Shown here piece after piece: positions 27,648 through 36,489 of a stretch of 36,489 nt of DNA. The number at the start of each line of letters is the position of its first letter. Positions within the stretch are counted from its first letter, which is position 1. The position numbers and the translations under genes were made by a program. A model generated the notes under the pieces. That model searched no databases and had not been told where the DNA came from. It worked only from the letters and a program-made list of their open reading frames with translations. Source of the stretch: a virus (lineage: Duplodnaviria; Caudoviricetes); the IMG/VR virus record IMGVR_UViG_3300042298_003339, positions 1 to 36,489 of that record, one strand, 5' to 3'.

Positions 27648-29240
27648 TTGTCAAAACAAGAAAACCTAAGAACGGCAATAATTGAAGAAATAAAAAGGTG
27701 TGCTGTCGATCCAGTACATTTCTTCAAAAAATATGTTAAGATTCAACACCCAATGAAAGGGAAAGTGAATTTTAACCTCTATCCGTTTCAGGAAGATACA
27801 TTAAGACAGATTAAAGAAAACCGTTTCTCCATTATTTTGAAGTCTCGGCAAATGGGCATATCCACCTTGATGGCGGGTATGTCTTTGCATTATATGATGT
27901 TCAACACTGACTTCAAGATATTGGTAATTGCAACAAAACAAGACGTTGCAAAAAACTTGGTGGCAAAGGTTCAGTTAGCATGGGATTTATTGCCAGCATT
28001 TTTGAAGCAGGGAATTGAAGTTGAAAATAACAACAAACTTGCATTAAAATTTTCTAACGGAAGTGAAATTAAAGCAGTTTCAAGTAGTCCGGACGCAGCA
28101 AGGTCGGAAGCATTAAGTCTTTTAATTCTGGACGAATGTGCGTTTATCAAGGACATTTCGGAGATTTGGGCTTCATCACAAATGACTTTGGCAACTGGTG
28201 GCGGATGCGTTATGTTATCGACTCCTAACGGCGCACAAGGTTTATTTTATAATGAATGGCGAAGAGCAATTGAAGGAACTAAATCAACTGAACTTGTTAG
28301 GTTCAATCCTATTAATTTGCCTTGGTATTTGCATCCGGATAGAGATCAAAAATGGCGGGATCAACAAGACGAAATATTAGGAAAACGATTGGCTGCGCAG
28401 GAATGTGATGGGAATTTTGCTACTTCTGGTCATACTGTTATCGAATCTGAGGTTCTGCAACATTACGAAGAAAAGACAATTGAACCCGTAGAACGTAGGG
28501 GAATCGGTGGTGAATTGTGGATTTTTAAATATCCAAACTTCAACAAGAAATACATTCTTTCAGCAGACGTAGCAAGGGGCGATGGAGAAGATTATAGTGC
28601 CTTTCATGTAATTGACGCAGATACGGTTGAACAAGTTGCTGAATATAAAGGTAAAATTGATACCACCTCATTTGCAAATATGTTGGTTTCTGTTGCAACT
28701 GAGTACAATCACGCTTTATTGGTAATTGATAATAGAAATATTGGTTACTCGACTTTACAAGTGGCAATTGATTCAGGTTATAAAAATCTTTACTATACTT
28801 ATAAGTCAGACCCGTTTTTAGATAAGAACATTCACCTCCGCAAAGGTTATGACTTAAAAGATAAAAAAGATATGGTTCCGGGCTATTCAATTGACGTTAA
28901 AACCAGACCAGTTATGATAAATAAATTTGAGCAATATTTCAGTGAAAAGGCTCCGATTATTTATTCGAAAAGATTGACAACAGAAATGTTTGGTTTTATG
29001 TGGTTGGATGGAAAAGCACAAGCAAATAAAGGTTCAAATGACGATTTAATTATGGCGTTTGCAATTGGTTTGATGGTTAGAGATACGAGTATGAAACTAT
29101 TATCAATGGGTATAGATTTAACCAAGAACGCATTAAATAGAGTTCATAGGAATATTTATAGGGCCAACCAACAAACAAACCCACAATGGGAGCAGCAAAT
29201 TGGTAGAGGCGAAAAACAAAGTTTAAAATGGTTATTGTAG
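27648..29240 (+). CDS. terL: Terminase large subunit (T4 gp17-like)
   Basis: LYPFQ adenine-binding motif, KSRQMGIST Walker A variant, LILDECAF Walker B, STPNG motif, ADVARGDGEDYS and NDDLIMA nuclease motifs. Confidence 0.95.
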   Translation: MSKQENLRTAIIEEIKRCAVDPVHFFKKYVKIQHPMKGKVNFNLYPFQEDTLRQIKENRFSIILKSRQMGISTLMAGMSLHYMMFNTDFKILVIATKQDVAKNLVAKVQLAWDLLPAFLKQGIEVENNNKLALKFSNGSEIKAVSSSPDAARSEALSLLILDECAFIKDISEIWASSQMTLATGGGCVMLSTPNGAQGLFYNEWRRAIEGTKSTELVRFNPINLPWYLHPDRDQKWRDQQDEILGKRLAAQECDGNFATSGHTVIESEVLQHYEEKTIEPVERRGIGGELWIFKYPNFNKKYILSADVARGDGEDYSAFHVIDADTVEQVAEYKGKIDTTSFANMLVSVATEYNHALLVIDNRNIGYSTLQVAIDSGYKNLYYTYKSDPFLDKNIHLRKGYDLKDKKDMVPGYSIDVKTRPVMINKFEQYFSEKAPIIYSKRLTTEMFGFMWLDGKAQANKGSNDDLIMAFAIGLMVRDTSMKLLSMGIDLTKNALNRVHRNIYRANQQTNPQWEQQIGRGEKQSLKWLL

Positions 29241-29248
29241 GTATATAA

Positions 29249-32200
29249 ATGTCAACATTTCAAGACGTATTAAAAAGGTTATTTTCTCGAAATGTGATTA
29301 TAACCAAAACTAAATCAGGAAAATTAAAGACTATTGACTTTAACAAATCACAAAGTCAAGGTAGTCCGACGACTTATTCCAACAGGGCAAGATGGAGAAA
29401 CGGACGAAACTTTTCAACTGTTTCGGGTTATGGTTCAGGATTTACAAACGAAGAAATTGAAGCCCTAAGAAAACAAATGTATCTTGATTATGAAATCATG
29501 GATACGGACGCAATTGTTTCTTCTGTGATCGATATAACGGCAGATGAGACTACAACTTTATCAGAACAGGGAGAATTACTGATCATTAAAACAAGTGATG
29601 CTAAAATTAAAAAAGTATTAAACAACTTGTTTTATGATATAATGAATATTGAATTCAACCTTTGGTCATGGATTCGGGCAACTTGTAAATACGGAGATAA
29701 TTTTTTATATCTTCAAATAGCCGAAGGTGCTGGTATTGTAAATGTTATGCCCATCCACCCTGCATTAATGATTAGAGAGGAAGGTTCTGATAAAGAACCA
29801 GACGCGATTAGGTTCCGTTATGAAGGCGATTACGGAATGACGTGGGGAAGTAACAATTATTTTGAAGAATATGAAGTAGCCCATTTTAGATTATTGGGCG
29901 ATACCAATTTCCTTCCTTATGGACGTTCTATTGTTGAAGGCGGTCGACAAGAATTTAAACGGATGCGCCTTGCAGAAGACGCAATGTTATTAAATAGGAT
30001 TATGCGAGCGCCTGAACGTCGTTTATTTAAAATTGATATTGGAAATATTGCTCCCGAAGAAGTAGATGGATATATCGAAGAAATTTCCAACATGATGAAA
30101 AAAACGCCATACATCGATCCTACCACTGGCGATTTCAATTTACGTTATAATATTTTAAATAGTTTGGATGATTATTTCCTCCCGGTTCGCGGCGGAGACA
30201 GTGGTACTGCTATTGAAACTTTGCCCGGGTTAACAAATGACGGGATGCGTGAAGATGTTGAATATTTTAAAAATAAAATGATTTCGGCGTTTAAAGTTCC
30301 AAAAGAATATTTGGGTTATGCAGAAGAAGGCGGTTCTGGTGAAAAATGTATTCATCCAAATACATTAATTCCATTATTAAACGGAAAAACGTTGAGTGTG
30401 GCAGAAATAGCTGACTTAACCGATAAAGGTGAAACTTTATGGGTATATTCATTTGATTTTGATACAAACCGAGTAATACCTGCCAAAATAAAACACGCCA
30501 AAAAAACGAGATTAAACGCTGAGTTGGTCAGAGTACATTTAGACAATAATGAATATATTGATTGTACCCCCGATCATGGGTTTTTATTAAAAAATGGGCA
30601 GCGCGTCGAAGCTATAAATTTGCAGCCAAATGACAGTTTATGTGCTATAAATAGAAGATTACACATTCAACGAAATAGTAAATATGGTTCAACATATGAG
30701 CAAATATATCAACCAGATACATCAAAATGGGAATGGACTCATGTCGTGGTTGATAATTATTTTAATGGTAAAATAATTGATAACGGGTATATAGATGGAG
30801 TATTTAATAAAAATAATATAATCGTTCGACATCATGTAGATTTTAACCGTTATAATAATGATCCAACCAATTTATTAAGAATGAATAGACTGGATCATTT
30901 CCAACTTCACGCTCAAAATGTAAAATTTGGATTACTTTCAGAAGAAAGTAGAGAAAGGTGTAGATTGGCGCAGCAAGAACCAGAATATAGAAAAAAACTA
31001 TCAGACAATAGAAAAAAATATTTAGAATTAAATCCGGATGCTAAACATATTCTTAAAAATTCGTGGCTTAGTAAAACGCATGAAGAGCGTTCCGAAATTG
31101 TTAAATCTGGAATTACCGAAGAGCGTAGACAAGCATTTTCAGAAACAGCAAAGCAAATTGAATTTTATAAATATGGTCAAGCAAAATTAAAAGAACTTTA
31201 TCCAAATGGTAGAACCGATTTGCATAAAGAAAAAAGTGTACGTTGGATTCCTCGACCTAAGTTTGAAGAAATACTTGAATTTGTTGAATTGAATAAAAAT
31301 AATATCAATTCGAATATAAAATTTAAAGATTTTTGTAAATTATTTAATTATAGTTATGTAGCTATTCGAGATTCAATTAATAATAATGGGTTCACAGTGA
31401 ATCAATTTATGAATCAATATTTTGGATTTACGGAAGGTCGTTCAAAAGATTTAAAAATTGATTATATAAATGAACTTGCACTTAATTATAATACATTTGA
31501 ATCACTATGTAAATTTATCGGGCTTACTGAAAATACATTAAAAAAACAAATTGAAAAAACATATATTTTTGAAGAATGGTGCAATTCAATACTTGGTAAA
31601 TGTTATAATCATAAAGTTAAATATGTAGAAATATTAACAGAACGGTCGGATACTTATAACTTAGAAATTGACGATAAAAACCATAATTATTTAACTTCCA
31701 CTGGTGTAGTTATAAAAAATTCTGCACTTGCTCAGATTGACATTAGGTTCGCCAGATCGATTGAACGAGTCCAAAAAATTGTTGTAAGTGAACTTTATAA
31801 AATTGCATTAGTACATTTGAAGGTTCAGGGTTTTGAAGAAGAAGATTTATTGAATTTTGAACTTAACTTAACCAACCCAAGTCTTATATTTGAACGGCAA
31901 AAGACAGACGTACTAACTGCCAGAATTGATTTGGCCAAGTCTGCTCGTGAAGAAAACCCATTATTATCTGATACTTATATTTACAAGAATTTGTGGGGTT
32001 TTAATGACGAAGAAATTGAGGCTTTAAAACTTCAAAAAATTGAAGACATGAAGTTCCAGTTCAGGTTAAAACAAATAGTTGAAGAAGGAAACGATCCGGA
32101 AGTAACTGGTAAATCATTTGGTACGCCGCATGATATTGCTTCAATGCAGGTTGCTTCTAAATATATGCCCGGTCAATTTGGTGAAACAAATAAACAATTA

Positions 32201-32437
32201 TATACACCTGACGAACGTGAGGAAAATGAAGGTAAACCTCAACAATTTGCTGGTTCGTTTGAAACTGCTCGTGATAAAGATTTTGGACGTGACCCGGTTG
32301 GAAGACGTGAAAATGCAAAAGTTGAAAATTACAGTAGATTGACCAAAAAATTAGAAAAATTCAAGGTTAAACCCAAAAATGGAGTTTCAATGTTGAATGA
32401 AGAAAATTTACTTGATTTAGAAGATAATTATAGTTAA
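29249..32437 (+). CDS. Portal protein (T4 gp20-like) with intein
   Basis: PYGRS, EDAMLLNRIMRAPERRLFKIDIGN, DYFLPVRGG, IETLPG, DIRFARSIERVQK; 604-aa extein after removing the intein. Confidence 0.93.
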   Translation: MSTFQDVLKRLFSRNVIITKTKSGKLKTIDFNKSQSQGSPTTYSNRARWRNGRNFSTVSGYGSGFTNEEIEALRKQMYLDYEIMDTDAIVSSVIDITADETTTLSEQGELLIIKTSDAKIKKVLNNLFYDIMNIEFNLWSWIRATCKYGDNFLYLQIAEGAGIVNVMPIHPALMIREEGSDKEPDAIRFRYEGDYGMTWGSNNYFEEYEVAHFRLLGDTNFLPYGRSIVEGGRQEFKRMRLAEDAMLLNRIMRAPERRLFKIDIGNIAPEEVDGYIEEISNMMKKTPYIDPTTGDFNLRYNILNSLDDYFLPVRGGDSGTAIETLPGLTNDGMREDVEYFKNKMISAFKVPKEYLGYAEEGGSGEKCIHPNTLIPLLNGKTLSVAEIADLTDKGETLWVYSFDFDTNRVIPAKIKHAKKTRLNAELVRVHLDNNEYIDCTPDHGFLLKNGQRVEAINLQPNDSLCAINRRLHIQRNSKYGSTYEQIYQPDTSKWEWTHVVVDNYFNGKIIDNGYIDGVFNKNNIIVRHHVDFNRYNNDPTNLLRMNRLDHFQLHAQNVKFGLLSEESRERCRLAQQEPEYRKKLSDNRKKYLELNPDAKHILKNSWLSKTHEERSEIVKSGITEERRQAFSETAKQIEFYKYGQAKLKELYPNGRTDLHKEKSVRWIPRPKFEEILEFVELNKNNINSNIKFKDFCKLFNYSYVAIRDSINNNGFTVNQFMNQYFGFTEGRSKDLKIDYINELALNYNTFESLCKFIGLTENTLKKQIEKTYIFEEWCNSILGKCYNHKVKYVEILTERSDTYNLEIDDKNHNYLTSTGVVIKNSALAQIDIRFARSIERVQKIVVSELYKIALVHLKVQGFEEEDLLNFELNLTNPSLIFERQKTDVLTARIDLAKSAREENPLLSDTYIYKNLWGFNDEEIEALKLQKIEDMKFQFRLKQIVEEGNDPEVTGKSFGTPHDIASMQVASKYMPGQFGETNKQLYTPDEREENEGKPQQFAGSFETARDKDFGRDPVGRRENAKVENYSRLTKKLEKFKVKPKNGVSMLNEENLLDLEDNYS
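30347..31720 (+). mobile_element. Intein (458 aa) with embedded HNH endonuclease-like motif
   Basis: Starts K|CIHPNTLI, block B CTPDH, block F TYNLEI, ends VVIKN|S; internal RHHVDFNRYNNDPTNL...H. Confidence 0.9.
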
Positions 32438-32438
32438 A

Positions 32439-32497
32439 ATTTCATGGAGTGAACCAAAAATGAAAAATTCAAAATTCATTAGAAGAATAATTGTGGA
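32439..32497 (+). repeat. 59-nt direct repeat, copy 1 (RBS + leader)
   Basis: Matches 32763..32821 with 2 mismatches. Confidence 0.9.
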
Positions 32498-32759
32498 AAC
32501 ATATACCGATACTGAATTAGAAAAAATAGATTATAAAATTCATGCAAGTAATAATAAATCGGCAATAATTATATGGGAAAAGAGATTGCGCACGATATTA
32601 AGAAACTTAGGTAAAATTCCTAAATTGGTATCTGGTCAACATGGTTCTGGTAGAGACCATGAAAAAATTTGGAATCAAATTGAACAGTTATCTACTGCGC
32701 ATAAAAACGATATATTAGAATGGGGTTATGATATTATTAATAAGTTCAATTTAAAATAA
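32460..32759 (+). CDS. Small protein with leader MKNSKFIRRIIVE
   Basis: GGAG RBS; leader nearly identical to that of 32784..33086, remainder unrelated. Confidence 0.7.
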   Translation: MKNSKFIRRIIVETYTDTELEKIDYKIHASNNKSAIIIWEKRLRTILRNLGKIPKLVSGQHGSGRDHEKIWNQIEQLSTAHKNDILEWGYDIINKFNLK

Positions 32760-32821
32760 TATATTTCATGGAGTGAACCAAAAATGAAAAATTCAAAATT
32801 GATTAGAAGAATAATTGTAGA
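32748..32821 (+). repeat. Direct repeat copy 2; its first 26 nt also recur at 33092..33117
   Basis: aatttaaaataatatatttcatggag is identical at 32748 and 33092; 32763..32821 matches 32439..32497. Confidence 0.9.
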
Positions 32822-33086
32822 GGCATTATCAGATATTGACTCTAAAAGTAACATATATACTGGTAAAACCTTTTTAAGGCCGATCGAAGATGCGTTTTAT
32901 AGTGAATTATCAAAGAGAGATCAAAAACAGCGTAGACTGTTTAACAATTATATAAGTACGAATAAAAACAACTGGTTACAACAATTAAGATATTCATATA
33001 ATCTACATCGTGACAAAAGTCCAGAGTACATTGCAAAACGATTACTTCAGGTACTTGACGACAAATATAAGGCAGGGCAAATTTGA
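32784..33086 (+). CDS. Small protein with leader MKNSKLIRRIIVE
   Basis: GGAG RBS; shared leader. Confidence 0.7.
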   Translation: MKNSKLIRRIIVEALSDIDSKSNIYTGKTFLRPIEDAFYSELSKRDQKQRRLFNNYISTNKNNWLQQLRYSYNLHRDKSPEYIAKRLLQVLDDKYKAGQI

Positions 33087-33129
33087 CAAATAATTTAAAA
33101 TAATATATTTCATGGAGAAACAATAATAC

Positions 33130-33960
33130 ATGAAGAACTTGAAACATAGCAAGTTTAAAAACACCGGGTTCATATTTGAAGTATTAACCCGCTTTGCAAT
33201 GAGGGAAGCATTAGAACCATCAGTTCCTCAAAAGGCAATTAGAATAATCAAAAAACATTTTCACCCCAAGAGTGAACTTGTTAAAGAACTGCGTTATTAT
33301 CAAACGTTAGGTCAAGGAACAAATCATAATCCAGACGAATTATTCAAATTGACGTTGGAAGGTAAGCAGCAATTAAATCAAAAGAATCTAAGTGTAGAAA
33401 AATATGAACTTGTTAAGTCAATTAACAAGGCATATAATCAAACTGTTTTCTTTGAAACCAAAACTCCTAATTACAAGGTTAATGCAAGTATTTATAAGTT
33501 GTTTGAACATAACCCAAGTTCAAACCCGGATGATTATTTGAATACCAAAAAATTCATCTTGGAACATTTGTCCGGAAAGAAACCGGAAACCATAAATGAA
33601 GTAGAACAACAAGTTCGTGAACTCGATCCTGATATCAGAAAGTTGAGCCTGAAAATATTGATTGAAAGGTTCAATCAAAAATATCAAGGTTTGAATGAAA
33701 AGCAAAAGACTTTGTTGGCTATGTATATAAATGAAGACAGTCGCAGGACTTCATTCAAAGATTATATTTTCAATGAAATAACAACGATAACCAAAGAATT
33801 GAAACGTTTAGGTTCAAACGTTAAAAATGAAGTTAGTAGAATCAAATTAAACGAAACCATCAACTTAGCCCAAAATATCATCAACTCAAAAACATTGAAG
33901 GAAGAACATTTGACGGCTATGTTGAAATATTACGAATTAATCGAGGAATTAAAGAAATGA
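33130..33960 (+). CDS. Hypothetical helical protein of the head module (possible prohead core component)
   Basis: GGAG RBS; lies between portal and prohead protease. Confidence 0.55.
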   Translation: MKNLKHSKFKNTGFIFEVLTRFAMREALEPSVPQKAIRIIKKHFHPKSELVKELRYYQTLGQGTNHNPDELFKLTLEGKQQLNQKNLSVEKYELVKSINKAYNQTVFFETKTPNYKVNASIYKLFEHNPSSNPDDYLNTKKFILEHLSGKKPETINEVEQQVRELDPDIRKLSLKILIERFNQKYQGLNEKQKTLLAMYINEDSRRTSFKDYIFNEITTITKELKRLGSNVKNEVSRIKLNETINLAQNIINSKTLKEEHLTAMLKYYELIEELKK

Positions 33961-34485
33961 GTAGATTCGAAAGAAGCGACTATATTAAATACTTTAATCT
34001 CGGAATAGACACTACTGGTTATAATCCAGAATTTGAAATTTTACAAAAAAAAACTATTTGGCAGCCGTGGGTCACCCGACATTGACCGTGCGTTTGATGT
34101 TTATAAGCACAGAAATAATGGTGCGGAATTATTTGCCGATTATGTGATTAAACACAGACCTTCTGGAAAATTAATTTCACCTGCGGGTGGATGGGATCGA
34201 AAAGGAAAAGAATCAACTAAAAAATCCAAAAAATATGAAGGTAAAGAAATGAAAAATATCAAATTAGTAACCGAAATGATTAAGAAACAGTTAAGCGAAT
34301 CAGATAATAAAGTATTTAATATCAAACATAATGTTGGAAAAGCAAAATATGTCATAAATTACCACGATGGTATTAAAAAACATAAAGATGGCTCACCATT
34401 TTTTGATATACAAATATATAGCAATAAAAAAGATTTTGATAAGGCAATTAAATTATTAAAACAAGACGGATATAGTGAGAAATAA
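33957..34485 (+). CDS. Two-module protein; ATG at 33957 joins the 34033 frame if one A is removed from the A9 run at 34045..34053; internal leader at 34249
   Basis: ATGA overlap with upstream stop; MSRFERSDY...EILQKK then LFGSRG...; internal MKNIKLVTEMIKKQLSE. Confidence 0.5.
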
Positions 34486-34512
34486 AGTCTATCAAATAAA
34501 GGCAAACTTAGT

Positions 34513-34965
34513 ATGAATTCATCCATCAAAAGGTTAATCGAACAAATTGACCATGATAACATAGAAGAAGATAATGTTTCTTCAAATATTCCTCCCGTGG
34601 ATACGCCTTACGCCTTTTCAAAAAACAAAAAGGTTCAGGTTCCTGATGATGAATCATATAGTGAACCAGTTCATCCTACTGAAAGGTTCTTTAAAAAAAT
34701 AGAATCCGTAATTAGAGAAGTCAATTACAATGATTATAAAAATGATGGTTCGCAAACGGAACGTCAAAAAATAAATTCCAATATAATCGAAATAAACAAA
34801 AAACTAAGGGAAGTTGAACAAATGATTTCTCATGCACATAAACTTAAAAATGAAAGTGGGCATGATAATGGTGTCTTTTGGAAACGAACCGCAGGTTCTT
34901 TTATTAAGATAAAGGAACGTTTAAACAGACTTTCAACTAAAATAATAGAATTTTCGGGAGAATAA
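34513..34965 (+). CDS. Hypothetical head-module protein with coiled coil
   Basis: MNSSIKRLIEQ start, TPYAF motif, IEE/IRE sites, C-terminal coiled coil. Confidence 0.6.
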   Translation: MNSSIKRLIEQIDHDNIEEDNVSSNIPPVDTPYAFSKNKKVQVPDDESYSEPVHPTERFFKKIESVIREVNYNDYKNDGSQTERQKINSNIIEINKKLREVEQMISHAHKLKNESGHDNGVFWKRTAGSFIKIKERLNRLSTKIIEFSGE

Positions 34966-34966
34966 A

Positions 34967-35677
34967 ATGAATAAAACAGCAATCAAAAAATGGGCTGGTA
35001 CTGTTGTCAATCCGGGTCAAAGTTATAGTGAATATGATAATAAAAGACCTATTGATTGGGATATGGATGAATTTAAATCGTACATTCAAGATCAATTAGA
35101 TACGTCCGATATACCAACATCTTCATTGAAAATGTTCAATTTCCCAAATAAATCATTGTTTAAATATTATGCTAACCAAGGAACCGGATTAAATGGGGAT
35201 AAATATTGGAATAAGTATGAAAATTTCGGAGGAGCAATGTATGATTTATTTACCTATTTGAAAACTAATATCTTTTCATCAGTAAAAAGTGAGAATAAAA
35301 TCAAAAACTCATTAAAACTAAAAAAAATTATCGAAAGCGTATTGAACGAATTAAAACCGGGTCAAGAACGATTTTATATCGCATATTATGCAACTGTCGG
35401 AGAACATGGTGAAGCGGGAACATATTCAAATTTTCAAACCGCGTTTAATACTGCAAAATCAAAACTGAAAGATAAAGATTTTATGGATGGGCTTGCGTAT
35501 GTAGGAGTGGAACCTACATACGGAGGTTCCGAATTTGCAGTAATATATGCTACGCCTGAATATTTAAAAAGATTAAGTCAAAATGATTTCAATTCTATGG
35601 AAGATTACAAATCATTCATGGATGTTTACAAAAAAGTAATGACTACTAAAAAACCGCAGGTTGGGAAATTTGAATAA
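34967..35677 (+). CDS. Two-module protein with internal leader (LKLKKIIESVLNE)
   Basis: GGGAG RBS; internal copy of gagaataaaat at 35291. Confidence 0.6.
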   Translation: MNKTAIKKWAGTVVNPGQSYSEYDNKRPIDWDMDEFKSYIQDQLDTSDIPTSSLKMFNFPNKSLFKYYANQGTGLNGDKYWNKYENFGGAMYDLFTYLKTNIFSSVKSENKIKNSLKLKKIIESVLNELKPGQERFYIAYYATVGEHGEAGTYSNFQTAFNTAKSKLKDKDFMDGLAYVGVEPTYGGSEFAVIYATPEYLKRLSQNDFNSMEDYKSFMDVYKKVMTTKKPQVGKFE

Positions 35678-36321
35678 TGAAAAAATTATTAATAGAAACC
35701 CTTCCCATACGGATTGAACCTTCAACTTTAACTGAAAGTTTTGCTAAAAACAATGGCAGACTGATAGTTAAAAACATGAAGATTCAACAAGCGGATAAAC
35801 CGAACAAGAACAGACGTATTTATTCTCGCCCAATCTTGGAACGTGAGGCTAAACGTTTATTTGAAAATTGTCGACAAATTGAAAGTCGCGGGATAATTGG
35901 AGAATTAGACCACTTTGATAACTCAATTATCAATTTAAAAAATGCTTGTTTAGGTGTTTTAGATTATCGTTGGAAAGGAAACGATATGTTAGGTGATGTT
36001 GAAATTTTAAACACTCCCAATGGTAATATTCTACGAGAAATCATTACTGCTGGTTATGTTCCCGGAATTTCATCCAGAGGCATGGGTTCGATTAGAGAAC
36101 TGAATGAAGAAGAAGGTTTGGTTGAAGTTGAAGATGACTTTGAATTAGTTACTTGGGATGCAGTTAGTGACCCAAGTTCTCAAAACGCTTATTTCAAAGA
36201 AATTCGTGAAAGTAGACAATTGAAAGAATCCTTCAACGGAAGAAATGTTAACCCAAACAACGTTGATAAACTTATGCAAGCCATCATCTGCGAGTTATCT
36301 GGCGTTTGTTGTATTAAATAA
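35677..36321 (+). CDS. Prohead core protease (T4 gp21-like)
   Basis: QQAD.PNKNRRIY, GELDH, ILNTPNG, GISSRGMGS, DFELVTWDAVSDPS. Confidence 0.93.
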   Translation: MKKLLIETLPIRIEPSTLTESFAKNNGRLIVKNMKIQQADKPNKNRRIYSRPILEREAKRLFENCRQIESRGIIGELDHFDNSIINLKNACLGVLDYRWKGNDMLGDVEILNTPNGNILREIITAGYVPGISSRGMGSIRELNEEEGLVEVEDDFELVTWDAVSDPSSQNAYFKEIRESRQLKESFNGRNVNPNNVDKLMQAIICELSGVCCIK

Positions 36322-36337
36322 AAAGGTTCAATCAAAA

Positions 36338-36489
36338 ATGAAACTATCAGAAATAAGAAAACGAACTCGTTTATACGAAAGTCAACTTCAATACACAAAA
36401 GAGGAAAGGAAGGCATTTTTAGAATCCATTCGAGAGTTTGGTAATTTCAAAAAAGAACTTTTCCGTGAAAGTGGAATTGTAAATGAAAA
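36338..36489 (+). CDS. Partial ORF running off the window end (head-module protein)
   Basis: My translation: MKLSEIRKRTRLYESQLQYTKEERKAFLESIREFGNFKKELFRESGIVNE...; no stop before the end. Confidence 0.6.
   Translation, partial: MKLSEIRKRTRLYESQLQYTKEERKAFLESIREFGNFKKELFRESGIVNE

Noticed and set aside
25750-33117. Direct repeats as a CRISPR array or IS ends
   Set aside because: Only two or three copies, spaced by whole genes, encoding RBS and leader peptides; no cas or transposase genes and no inverted ends.
26442-35098. EFKSY(F/I)QDQ(I/L) shared by 26430..26669 and 34967..35677
   Set aside because: A ten-residue match with no flanking similarity; cannot be distinguished from chance without a search.
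347-36416. All minus-strand ORFs and short nested plus-strand ORFs in the track (e.g. 347..616, 4961..5164, 17084..17398, 28540..28890)
   Set aside because: They lie inside longer motif-bearing + strand genes and have no recognisable motifs; treated as shadow ORFs.
1-36489. Stop-codon reassignment as seen in some large phages
   Set aside because: Core genes are intact in code 11, and TAA, TAG (e.g. 13208, 29240) and TGA all end genes at sensible positions.
1-36489. tRNA, rRNA or rho-independent terminators
   Set aside because: Intergenic gaps are very short and I saw no cloverleaf or GC-rich hairpin followed by a U-tract.

Overview
An AT-rich segment of a large T4-like (myovirus/jumbo-type) tailed phage. 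All credible genes lie on the + strand and read in standard code 11. Core genes: terminase large subunit, a gp20-like portal interrupted by a 458-aa HNH-containing intein, a gp21-like prohead protease, a TOPRIM primase and a single-ORF Mre11-Rad50 (SbcD-SbcC) fusion. There is also a block of Ser/Gly/Thr-rich virion proteins, three of them paralogous. Four patterns stand out beyond the gene list. (1) About 15 otherwise unrelated small ORFs or internal modules start with a basic/hydrophobic leader ending in (L/I/V/Y)xE or a near variant. They include two ADP-ribosyltransferase-like proteins, a zincin and a ferritin, and an 872-aa protein is punctuated by the same LxE sites. This fits a modular 'head-targeting tag + payload' system processed by the encoded prohead protease (inference). 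(2) Several such cassettes share near-identical 26-60 nt RBS/leader direct repeats, suggesting shuffling at the DNA level. (3) A free-standing endonuclease gene is flanked by two alternative 17-codon C-termini of the upstream structural gene, i.e. apparent insertion with gene-end replacement. (4) The three A9-A10 runs I found each break a reading frame by one base. All family calls come from motif recognition by eye; no searches were run.
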